A DNA stretch of 64,000 nucleotides from Trichoplax adhaerens (Eukaryota; Animalia; Placozoa). The notes beneath the pieces were generated by a model. It made no database searches. It saw nothing but the letters and a program-made list of their open reading frames with translations, and was not told where the DNA came from. Each line of letters opens with the position of its first letter. The first letter of the stretch is position 1. Location of the stretch: positions 9,512,556 to 9,576,555 of the forward strand of contig NW_002060944.1 of the NCBI RefSeq assembly GCF_000150275.1. The letters are read 5' to 3'. The position numbers and the translations under genes were made by a program. Below are positions 30,059 to 42,300 of this stretch, piece after piece.

Positions 30059-30424
30059 GTGACAGTACATAGACTGTAGACGTTAGGGATCGTATCAAGC
30101 AGTCGCTGGTAGCTTACAGTACAATTTTCCACACTGTGGGTCGAGTGGATCCTGTTGGAAAACCAGTCATTAAGTGACAGTACATGGACTGTAGACGTTA
30201 GGGATCGTATCTGGCAGTCGCTGGTAGCTTACACTCTTACAGTACAATTTTCCACACTGTGGTCGAGTGGTTCCTGTTGGAAAACCAGTCTTTAAATTAA
30301 GTGACAGTACATGGACTGTAGACGTTAGGGATCGTATCTGGCAGTCGCTGGTAGCTTACAGTACAATTTTCCACATTGTGGGTCGAGTGGATCCTGTTAG
30401 AAAACCAGTCATTAATTGACAGTA
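30059..30424. repeat. Tandem array, ~115-127-bp unit, 3 copies
   Basis: GTGACAGTACATRGACTGTAGACGTTAGGGATCGTATC...GGTCGAGTGGWTCCTGTTRGAAAACCAGTC at 30059, 30174 and 30301. Confidence 0.95.
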
Positions 30425-30459
30425 ATTCAATGACATCAGTCAATACGTTTGACCGCCAG

Positions 30460-30471
30460 CCAATGACGTCA
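30460..30471 (+). promoter_or_regulatory. Overlapping CCAAT box and full CRE palindrome, likely SPSB3-like promoter region
   Basis: CCAATGACGTCA ~1.6 kb upstream of the putative ATG, with a nearby TGACATCA and a further ATTGG motif. Confidence 0.4.
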
Positions 30472-32036
30472 GATTAGGCTACAATGACAGTAGCACTGCA
30501 GATCAGGTGAAATCTGTCCCGGGCTCAATATTGACGCATTCCATTCTAAACTGGTGTTACTCGACAGTCATTGGCCACCGAGCCTGTTGGGCTATACAAT
30601 ACTGTACTAGGGTCGATCGTACTGTACTGTACTGTATAGAATACGCTAGTAGACTGTAAAAGGAGTGTCAAGTGCAGCTAAAACGAGTTGATGATGAATC
30701 TTATTCGCTAGTACAACTTGAATTGATTACCGCCAAGTTGAAGTATTACTATTCACTTTTTTTCTCTTGCTACAAACTAAAAGTGTTGTATCATCACTTC
30801 AACTTTGTATTACTATCCATTTTAGGCATTGGTAGCCTCATTGCAAGTACTCAAGGCTAAAACGAAAACGGTCACTCTAGGACAAAAATCACTGCCATTA
30901 TTTGTTCAACCTTGGAAGTAAAGGGTAGGTTAAACGTAATCTCAAAATGATGATAGATAGATAATGTAGAAATTCATGATTAAAAGCAATGATTGATTGA
31001 GTAAGCATCGCATTCTGCTCTATTTCAATTTTGCTGACCGACACTACTGTAGTATCTTCTTCTTCAACTACAATACATAATGGCTACTATTTCAGCTTTT
31101 GCTGTAGTTGGACTACTGTAGGCATAGTCTTCAATGTTCTCTACCTTATCACTAGACTACGGTAGGTCATGGTAACCATCAATGAAAGCAATATCCAGTC
31201 ATGTAATGTGTACAAGGTGATAATGCAACTTGAATACGCGTAGGCTAAGAATCAATAGACTCTATCAGCGGATTAGTATTTTAAACTGCTTCAACTCGCA
31301 TTCAATGCTACTAAATGACTTCAATTACTGTAACCAAGAATAAGAGTAGTACAAACCGTTGTTGAATAATGCACCTTAGTATAGCGGATAGTAAAATTGG
31401 ATAGCATAAGCAGCAGCTACCATCCAAGTGACTTGTACACAATCAATTTCCAATAGATAGCACGTAATCGAATCTTCTGACACACAAGATACTGTACAAT
31501 GTTATTGTTAACTACTCATGTTAGTTAATGCTTGAAATCCTGCTTGTATCGCTTACTAAGCTCGATCCTTGATACTTTTGCCCATTGTGCAATTGTTTAC
31601 AAGAATTATAAAGTATGCAATAGTACGGAAGTATTTGCCGCCAATTATGCAATGTCATCTGCGTGTGGAAGTAAAATTAAGTCATTTTAACTACGATAGC
31701 CTGATAAGTAAAATGATTTCGGTATTGAGTTGATAACACCAACTGTAGTTTAATATCCACTTTTCTCTCTCTTAACTTCTTCAATTGGCCGAAGAAGGAT
31801 GAAGCACCACTATTCTGTTCATATACTTCAACCTGTCTTGAGGATAAAAACAATACTATGTACTGATATTGTATTGTTAACTGGATGGAAGAACTTATCC
31901 TATTCGCACACCGGCACCTGACAAGATCCTAATTCATTGTAATAATTTCTAGGTTTACTCTTTCGTTGAAGAAAAAGTTTACTTGCAGCGATCTATTTGT
32001 GGTTTCTTTCACACATTAAATATCTTAGCTATCAAA

Positions 32037-33115
32037 ATGGGTAAGTTGTTACTATTGATTGTAAACTTTCAATCATTCTTTATATTTTACCATTATTTCT
32101 ACAATAGCTGTAAACTTTGAAAACAGCTTTTGTAGACAAAGCAGCAGTATGTGATATCAATCGCTAACATCATAGTATACAAAGTTGTTTCTCCGAAGTG
32201 AACAATATTGAATTGTACTGCTATAGCTCGGCATACATCAATCTAGTAGTTTGCAGTTATAAAACCTGCTTGATTGAATAAAGTATCTTCCCAACACTGT
32301 CCATGATTAATAATTAATACCTTAAATGCGCCTACGTACAGGATATCGTTAATGATTTTCATTTGTAGAAGATAAAAAAAGTTCGATATTATCATCAGAT
32401 TAACCAAAATTGGATATTTGTATTTGACTTAGTTGCAACCTGTGCGATTGGACCAATTCAAGAAGCTTTCCCTGACAATTGGACGTGGAACATTGACGAC
32501 AAATCTCCTGATGTCGAATTGTGTTCGCGTCGAGAAGGCGCCTACTTTTATACTGATCCTGTTATTGATAGCACTGGCACAGCGGCAGTACGTGGCAGTA
32601 AAGGCTTTGATAGAGGTCTCCATTATTGGGAAGTTACATTGTGTGAGCCAACATTTGGATCATCAGTAATGGTTGGCGTTGGCACTAAGAAAGCAAAATT
32701 ACGCACCAACAACTACGAATACATAGATATATTAGGTACTGATTGTGAAAGCTGGGGCCTAAATTATAAAGGTTATCTATTCCATAATGGTAGACCTACT
32801 AAATTCACCGATACATTTTACGCTGGAACCACTATTGGAGTATTGTTAGACATGAATGTCGGTAAATTAAGTTATTTTAAAAATGGTTCATTCTTGGGAA
32901 CTGCATTTGACGACTTATTGGATATTAATTCTGAACTCTATCCGATGATCGCTTCAACAGCTGCTGAAAGTGAAATGCAATTGGGCATACGCGGATCGAA
33001 ATTTGTAAGTCTAGAGGATCTTTGCAGACGGACTGTACGTCGATATGTGGACTATGCAAATATTGACAAATTATGCCTACCTCAACCCATTAGAAATGAA
33101 CTTAAGGTGCTGTAA
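32037..33115 (+). CDS. SPSB3: SPRY domain- and SOCS box-containing protein, SPSB3-like
   Basis: Putative 4-nt first coding exon ATGG|gtaagt (32037-32040) spliced to 32433-33115. Translation: DNWTWNIDDKSPDVELCS...STGTAAVRGSKGFDRGLHYWEV...GSSVMVGVGT...LGTDCESWGLNYKG...IGVLLDMNVGKLSYFKNG...LYPMIASTAA, then SOCS box SLEDLCRRTVRR...IDKLCLPQPIRNEL. Confidence 0.88.
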
Positions 33116-36100
33116 AATTCATCAATTGACCAAATATATATGCAAAGAAAACAGAATTACTTATGATGGGTTGTCCTAATCATAAAGAGCATACATGAAA
33201 ATAGGATTGAAAGTACTAGAAAGACTGAATGCCTAAACTATGACAAATGTGCATATTATTTTATCCTAAGAGATATTAGAAATTGCGCTATTTTACTCGG
33301 AGTGCGATTCTCCATGCGTGTGGCATTAAACCTAAAGTATTAAAAATATACATGATCATAATAGATGTAAAATATGTGAGACTACCACTGTGTAGCTATA
33401 CCATATATAAAGCATTTCTCATATACGTATGATAAATCTACTACAATATTCTATTTATATGCGGAGTTAGTTTATGATTAATGGATTAAAATCATCACCA
33501 TTGAACAGCTTTTTGCTTCTATTAAACGTTGATACTCTGATCTCCATAATTATAACGTTTAGTATTTATAAATGTTGTAATTGATAGAATCCTTCAATTT
33601 CTGTAAGATGCTCCAGTTCATAGCGATAACAGTTCTAATTGTATTTAAAATAATCAATCTTAACAAAGCATAGTGACTGATGTTATTTCGATAGATAAAG
33701 ATGTACAGTTGATTTGTAAAGTAAGATATTCCTTTTTTGTTAAGACCATAATCTGAAGGGTATTTAAACCAGAGTAGATGAAATCTATTTTGAAATAATA
33801 ATATTTATCAATAGCAAAAAAATTTAAATTTAGAAATTCCTTGTAAATATTATCCAGTTTACGAATTGTACTTACGTAGCTCAGTGCAATAAATAAAAAT
33901 GGTTTTTAAATATCAAATACATGTTGGAAGAAATTGAACATTATAAGGAGTTATTCCTTTAGACTCCATAATCTACAGTGCATTTTTTAACGGAACTTTT
34001 AAGGGAGTCTTTAAAACTACGTCCAGCAGCTTAATTTGCCAATCTTCACATCCCCTAAATCAATTCTCTCAATACTAGCTCCTCATTTATAAACGTTATT
34101 TTATTCAATTGTACAGTACACGATGATACCATCTTGTATCATAGCAATTACTACGATACAGAAGCATTCAGATACACTATATCATACTTACGTATTGATG
34201 CCAATTTATGATATCTCGTCGCATTACCCTAACATTTCCATTTTCGAACTATTTCAATCATAAATCATGAAGTCTTTCAGCATTTTAATTTCAATATAGT
34301 GCCACAGCTGTTATTACTGTGCGTAATGTAATTTCTAATCAGAGTTTTAGAAATTAAATTTGCATTCAAAAAAGTTGGTTGAGTCCTTTACTACTCATAC
34401 TCGTACATCAATATACTAGTAGCAAATCACAGTAAATATTTTTGGATAAAGTTACAATTTTGCCCCGTTATATATAAATTTACTATTCAAGTAAATTTAT
34501 ATCACATTCCTATAATGAATGAAATACTGTATTCGTAATAGATTTAATTCAAGACTCTTCACTGATGGCGTTTATAATTTTAACTGTTTTCTTTAAAATT
34601 AACGTTGAAGATCATGAAAACACTGATTTTCCGTCAATTAAATACCTACGTATAACTGACTAATGCGAATGATATACTTTCAAAGTAACCTATACTTACT
34701 TGTAAGTTAGACAACATTGAGAGTTAATACAAAAATGTTTTGTGAATCTATTACAATTTGCGGTATTTATTATTGAGTTTTATTCTACTTGACATCTGAT
34801 GCAGCTTACCTCAGTGATCGATAATAATTCCCTAATTATTAATTAATGATAGCTATCTTGTCAGACGAATTTATGCTATAGGCTTGTCATAGAAAACTAA
34901 CATACTTTTATAGAATAATTGCCACAAATATTTCGATATTAGAAGCCTAAGCAAATGCAAGCAATGCTAACGTACGATACAGAACTATGCTAATGTTGAG
35001 TTATTCTCAATAATAGCATAATCATTAAATATGAAAATTTTACTACAAATGAATTAGAAGACGATCAAGCGATTATAATAAAGTATTTTTTATTTTAATC
35101 GCAAATTGAAAGTTAGCAATTGCCAAAGTATTTAAAAACTAATTAAGTAAAACTATATTGCAGTAGTAAAATAGCATAGAAGAATTAGTTAAGATACTAG
35201 TTACATTTAATCCTAAAATGCAGGGAGAAAGAACATTATGTAGTTTATTTTAACTATGCTATTAGTCTATTTTATAATTACAACTTAAAATTGTTTATTA
35301 AATGATTTTAGTCGCTTGTATTGAGACTATGCGAATGAAGTCTATAATTCATTAAAACAGGAACTAATTATTTTCAGATTTAATACATAGTTCATTAACA
35401 CTGACTCAGGGTAATAGCCTCTGCCAAAAAGTGATACAGACTTACTATAAACAAATTCACAAATGCCAATTTTAAGAGGGCCGCCAATCGACGTGCCCTA
35501 ATTTATAATCAAGTACTTCTTACTAGTCTAGTACCATAGTATTTAATATTCAGTGAACCAAAATGCGGTTGATCCAAGATGGTTTGTGCAATACCCAATT
35601 GATCATTCAAGTTCAATCTGGAACCATTTTGCTATAACAGTTCTGGTGATAAAAAGCGATGTATTTTTTTAATGTAGAACGCTATTGGATCTTGATGAAC
35701 GGATAAAAAGATACATGGAATCCCTGCCTTGGCGTTTCGAGAAATTTTATGCCCTTGGCAATTTTTGACTAATCGTAAACTTAGCAACAATCATTTGATT
35801 ATCAATGTAGATTACTATATATAGATGTATAGATGACTCTTAATCAGATCATAGAGAGTGGTTTACATGATCTGAAAATTAAAGCTTTCGTCGCATTTTC
35901 CGGTATTCTATACATAATCACGTTAAAAATGAAACAGCTCAGGTTTATAAATTTTTAATAATACACAGTGCTTTTACTTTATTGAACACCAATATTCTAT
36001 ATCATGACGTGCAAAGGAATATATCTAAAGCCTTCGTTCCTGTAATAACTAGTAAAGATACAGTTTTTCGGTTTGATATGGTTATCTTTCAAAAGACAAG

Positions 36101-38303
36101 ATAGTCATAGCTGATATAGATAGGCCAAAAAGATGAGATTGCGGCCTGCTATCCAATATTGTTTGTCACTAAATTTTAAAGGATGAAATATTCACCGATA
36201 TACTGCAAGTTATGTAAAAATTGCTGTAAACTCCTTTTCCATGCCCAGATACAACTATCTAGTAAAGACTATTCTCCATAGAGCGAATAAGAAATATTAA
36301 TAATCGGAAATACCGAGACAAGAACTGTAATTATTTCTGTTCAATAATTCGCAGGACTACTTTTTCAACCTCAATAGTAAATTCCTGTTGATCTAATACA
36401 GGCAAACAAGAAATCTTTATCTGCGATACAACGAAAACAACAAAAACATATAAACTATTGCAGCTATAATCCACAATTTTTTTAAATATAATGCATATAT
36501 GCCATGCACATGCGGGGTATAAAAATGAGAGCTGCTCATTAATTTAATAATTGTGAATATTTCATAAAATACACGAGTAGCTCAGAACATAAATGGTCAT
36601 TATTTGGCTAATATTAATCAAGGTTCTTCAAGTCTTCTCCAATTCTCGAATTCTAAAGCACGTGGAGTATAGTTTAAATTATTGCCACCTGCCATTCTTG
36701 TAACTATACTGGCGATTGTTTAACAAACGGTCAATAATCTACAGTCAACAATGAAAGCATAAGATCAATAAGCCGATAGAATTACAGTATTGAAGTAGTA
36801 ATACGGATGAACAAATAAAAATCGATGAAATATTATTTATTAATTCTACTGTCATAATTCTAAGCCAGACATTAATTTTAATTGGTATTATCGGAAAGGA
36901 TGTACAGTCACAATTCTATTAAATTTCCAACTGTAGTCAAGTCAAAAAGTTGCTAATATAATATTTGCTAACTTTTAGTTTCGCTTACTGATAGTATCAC
37001 GGTCTGCCTCGATAATACCAGACAGATTTTTAACGGTATAAGAGTAAAATATCTGTAAGGGCTGCAAAAGCGCGATAATAGAAAGATATTAGATAGAAAT
37101 CAGCTGAAACGAACCGAAAACGAAGGACGAGACGAAGGGATAGACTATAAAATAGAAGATATTGAGCAATATCTACAATAAAATAGTCATACTTGAAGTA
37201 AATTTATCTTATTAGAGGATTTCCAATCAAAATATTATTCTCATAATGACTAAGTATAATGGATACTGTAGCTTTGATTCCGAAAAGAAGAGGTTATAAT
37301 GCTAAAATACTTTATTGGAAACATAACATGATGACGAACAGAAAATCGCTATCTGGAAACTTTGCAGACTAGACTAATAAGATGGGCTTCACAGTACTAA
37401 GAATTTCCGCAAGATCTTATTGCTATTTGACTAAATAGATCGAATTAGAAAATCGGTAATTATATCGAAGTATGATATAGAAGCAATTCTATATCCAGCT
37501 AAAATAGATAAAGGCGTACCTGCATAAAAGGCAAGAACAGTTTGTCGTACGAATAATCAGTACTAGTATACTGATATTAATATCAGTATTCACATCTGAT
37601 TGTGCTGTGGTTTTACCATAGAAATTAATAAAAAACAATGCGAGACAAATTATCGTTAGAGAATAAAATTATCATGACCGTAGTGAAAATTTGAGTTTTG
37701 TTCGGTGCCTTCAAAAATAGCTGTCATAAACAACTTAAAGTACTAATGCTTTTTAGTTGAAATTTAAAGTATTAGAAAACATATTAGGATCAATCGGTCT
37801 ATTCAAGTTTTCAACTATATTTTCGGTAAGAAAACTGACTATCTAATATTTTCAGCTGAATTTTATTGTGCAGGATGGGCATTATCGTTTGGTAAGGCGT
37901 AATTTGATAATATGTTCGAAATAAAAGTAGGCAGATACACGAGTACCTAATGTAAAGATGGTAATAATCTTTGCAGTAAGTACAAAATTTATTCATTCCA
38001 ATCGATATACACTCCAATAAATTGAGAATTAGCTAATACATTGAAGGGTTATAAATTTTTAATTTATCTAAATGTAACATTGATAAATGTCATCTAGTTA
38101 CTGGGTACAGGGATAGAAAAATTTTAGCATGCTTCTTTCTTCTAAATGTCGTCCTTATTACTTAGAAAACTTATTAATTATAACGACTACACTACATAGT
38201 AATATCTAACTTCCATTAACTGTAAATAAATCATCCATTTTATGCTTATGTGCACTAATTATAATTGGTCTCTTTTATCTTCAGCTCTTACCTAGTAATA
38301 TCC

Positions 38304-39371
38304 TTAAGTTGATAATTGATAGGAGTGATGACGAAATCGTTTACAGCATTGGTTGGAAAGATTACTTAAAGACATTTTAATCGCAATTTTAATATCAGCA
38401 GTATAGAAAGCGAATAAGATTGGATTAACAGCAGGATAAGAAAAGGCGACGAATCGTAATAAATGAATAATATTCAGTTCAGTAGTGGTATATATTAAAC
38501 CAGGGCGAACATTTAGTATCATAAAGGTAATGGCAAAAGGTAAATAACATATTAAGAATAAAGTCACTAAGATAATGATTTGTCTAGCGGCTTTAATATT
38601 GTGCCTATTGAGCGATAATTGATGACCATGGCCGTCATTTTCGCCTTGCATACGTCGTGCATGAACATTAACGATATAAAAGATACGAGCATAGCATGGT
38701 AGAAAGGATGCTAATGGCAAAATTAATAAACATGTAAAAATGATTGTTAAGTAAACCTGTTGTGATACACGTGCATCTTCATTTTCAGCGATAATATATA
38801 CCGCACATCTTGAGCTGTTATATTGAACAAATGTCATTAAAGGTAATGCTGCTATCGCCGCAGTCAACAGCCATAGACAAATCAAGATACATACACTCAC
38901 TTTGTGAGATAAAAAATATAAATTACGAAATGGAAATTCAATAGATAGGTAGCGATTTAATGTTAAGATACAAATATGAAAATTTAAATTGACAAGAAAT
39001 GATGATCCTAAATAGGGCATAATTGAGCATGGAAATGGATATTGCATCATGTGATTATTACCAGCCTTAATATGGCGAGGTAAAACGTAGAAAATAGAGG
39101 ATAATAAACTGCCAATAAACATGCTAATCATGTAAGGTGCATGTGGAGTTTGACGTAATTTTCGATACCAGCCTATGATTAATAGTATACCTAAATTGGT
39201 CAAGATGGTAGTTCCACCAGTTATACACCACATTACTTCGATTAATGTCGATTGGATTACTATGAGGGAATCATTATCAGCATGATTAGATAGTGGCTTT
39301 TCAGGTGTATCTTGATGCATAGTCATGTTGGTGATCATTGTAGCAGAATGATAACTATGATTAAGATTCAT
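38304..39371 (-). CDS. Intronless rhodopsin-like (class A) GPCR, orphan
   Basis: 355-aa ORF with 7 hydrophobic segments. Motifs: TN in TM1, LR after TM1, Cys at top of TM3, NRY (for DRY), W4.50 (LWLL...LP), Y5.58 (CYARIF), FLICYLPF in TM6 and NPILF in TM7. Confidence 0.93.
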   Translation of the reverse strand: MNLNHSYHSATMITNMTMHQDTPEKPLSNHADNDSLIVIQSTLIEVMWCITGGTTILTNLGILLIIGWYRKLRQTPHAPYMISMFIGSLLSSIFYVLPRHIKAGNNHMMQYPFPCSIMPYLGSSFLVNLNFHICILTLNRYLSIEFPFRNLYFLSHKVSVCILICLWLLTAAIAALPLMTFVQYNSSRCAVYIIAENEDARVSQQVYLTIIFTCLLILPLASFLPCYARIFYIVNVHARRMQGENDGHGHQLSLNRHNIKAARQIIILVTLFLICYLPFAITFMILNVRPGLIYTTTELNIIHLLRFVAFSYPAVNPILFAFYTADIKIAIKMSLSNLSNQCCKRFRHHSYQLST

Positions 39372-42300
39372 TTCTGTTCTTCTTTTTTCTCCTATTACGA
39401 GATTCCTTACTTTGATAGATTTAGAAAATTATTAAGTCAAATTTTTTATTTTATGATATGAAAAGTTATCACCAAAAGATAATTGAAAGGAATGACGATT
39501 TCGTCAACTAAGGCAATAGTATCTGTAATCTCATCTTAATCATGGTTGACTATATCAATCATTAACAATAGCTAATATTATTTTCATCAATTTTGAATAG
39601 TTAATATTGACTAAACCGGTTAGAAAACCCTTTGAAATTTTATTATTATCTATTGAAATAAGCTGATTGAAAGGTGATAGACATATATTATCTTTATTTT
39701 CTATTTATTGTTCTACAATCTGCTAACTTTAATCTACTTGCAAACAACATACTTACTTGCTGCTATTGAAATTGAACAACAAATTTTTAAAGTTCATCAA
39801 AAAATTAAATTCTGCCATAATAAAGGTACGTAATAAATATTGTTCCTTTAGTAAGGCACGAATAAATATACGACGCTGATGTACATAGATTAGGACACCA
39901 TTAAAGATTCACCTTTGAATTGAATAAGAAATTGAATATAATTGGTATTATGATGGCTTTAAGGGATTAGTTATTAAACTTGATAGTAATGTAGCAGAAA
40001 TAGAGACAGTTCGTTCCAAGTATATGCTTTTAAATTTATTTTCACCCAAAAATGAATAAGAGAAGATTCATACAATTGTAGATAGTTATATTTAATCATT
40101 GCAATAAATCAATAAGTAATGACTTACCATGACAAGAATGATTAATTATTATTTATGAACTATAATGAGCTACTTTTTGCATAACTATGCAATAATATTG
40201 GATGTTTTCATTAACGACAGTACTAAATTCAGCAAGATAAAGTATTTTTAATGAGATTCCATTCATTTGAAACTCGGCAGAAATTATTACTTTTTAGATA
40301 GAATTATCCCTTAGAAAAACGACCTTTTTCCATATCTAAATTTAATTTTATACATTGAAATCATAGTCTAGTATACTGTAAAAGTATTTAATATATGAAT
40401 AAGTTGACAAAATATAAATTTATTATTCCAATTTCGGTCATAAATAGAATGACAATAGCTGTTGTTGATGCTGACCTTTGGAACTTATACAATCAATTTA
40501 ATAAACGTTAACCGATTGGAAAATGGTAAACTGCGGGAAAGAAAAGAAATAAGTTTCACAGTCTCACTTAATTTATCTTATACTTTAGCAAATTTTGATA
40601 TTGGCTAATAAAGAATATTTGAAATATTCATCGGCCATTTTCATCAATAAGTTTGTTTATCATAATATTTATTCTCTACTCAGATTATTGTTTGAAGCTA
40701 TTAGGCGAATTGTACCTCCAGCAATATAGTTGTTTGAAAATAATTTTTAATCTTGTATGATATACCGTAATATACATGTACTCGTACATATACAGATTCT
40801 ATACAGATGGTAGCTGATTGAAATTCCTATTATAAATGAGGATGTTGTATTGCGTAAATTCCTTTGTTAAAGAGTGATTTGGAATTTATTGTGTAATATC
40901 ATAAGATTTGGTATTTCCTCTGGCAAATTTATGACGCAAATCCACAGCGGTATTTAGGTTGATTTCTAAGTTCTATGTAATAGACAAATACCATAACAAC
41001 GGATAATTTTGCAATTCTTTTGTATTTCTTATAACGGTATTAGATTAGCCGCAAGACGTGAAAATCCCATAAGCGCTGACATATCTGCTTAGTTTTTACA
41101 GTCAACGAGAATAATACTATAAATTTAGATTAGCAATTAAAGTGAATTGTCATTATAACAGCTTTCCGGAGATAGCATGAAATACCGAAATAACTTGATG
41201 AAAAAATATTTTTTATTTATGAAATACTCTAGGCTATGAGTACGAAAGGTTATACTTTAATGAAAGCTTCAATATTTATTCCAAATACTAAGGGATGTAG
41301 TAGTTTGCTACTATAAAATTTAGTACCGATATAATATTGCATTACTCAAGTTATTATCCTATTGCCTACAGGAAGTCGTTTTTAAGCTTTGCCTGAAAAT
41401 CTAGAGGATTTGAACTTCCTACAATTTAGACCTTAATCACTATTTCAATATCTTATCTACTGTTAGTATCGTAGCATTATTCCTTTCATCTAGGAAAGAA
41501 ATTAAAATTTAATGTTATCTTCGAGTATAGGTTTCAATATTAATTATCGTCAATTATCGTGTTAATGATAAATATTGAGGATATTACCTGCGAAATCATA
41601 TTCTGTACTGTTACTACTATATCAATGATAGAAAATAGAGTATAGTTTATTACCTTTCGTATATTGTTTTATTTGATTGCAAAGCTTTATTAAAAATAGA
41701 ACTTTTAAATTCTTTGGTAGAAAGGCAATTGCTTACATGGGCTTACTTTTTATTATAGTCAGGCAGCCTTTCCTGGCTAATTTCTCTGATATCCTGATTA
41801 GAGATATCGATATTTTATTATACGGATATTGCATGAAATTACAAGAACTACTAAATCATTGATGGCTTATCATATCTTTAATGGACTTAATAGAGATCTG
41901 ATTTTAATGAAAGTAAATTATATAGAATTATTAATGATAACAGTTATGATTGGAATTGTTACAAGATTTAATTAGAGCATAATCAGTAAGCGCATGGAAG
42001 ACCTTTCCAATTATATTCTGATATGTACCAATAAAATATTAAATTCTTGGTGGCTTCAGAGAGAATGATAAATGTGAATACATAAAAATGCGATTTATAA
42101 TCTTAACTCAAGCTATTTTTGCGTGTACGAGTATTAATGAGATTGCGTGATTCGCGAATTATTCTTGATTCTTTTCAAATTATTTTATATAAAACACTAT
42201 CAAAAATCGTTATGATTCAAGTAAGCTTTAATAATAGCTAGCTAATCTATGATATATCCGCTATTGGTAGCTTATACTATACATAACAAAAAGTGAATTG

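Noticed and set aside
26122-30860. Cluster of 60-103-aa ORFs rich in Y/C/T/V
   Set aside because: The composition arises from TACWG motif runs; no domain similarity or splice-consistent gene model.
37568-37589. 22-bp perfect palindrome ATACTGATATTAATATCAGTAT
   Set aside because: Short, AT-rich and isolated; no supporting context for function.
38304-39371. GPCR as an opsin
   Set aside because: Position 7.43 is Phe, not the retinal-binding Lys.
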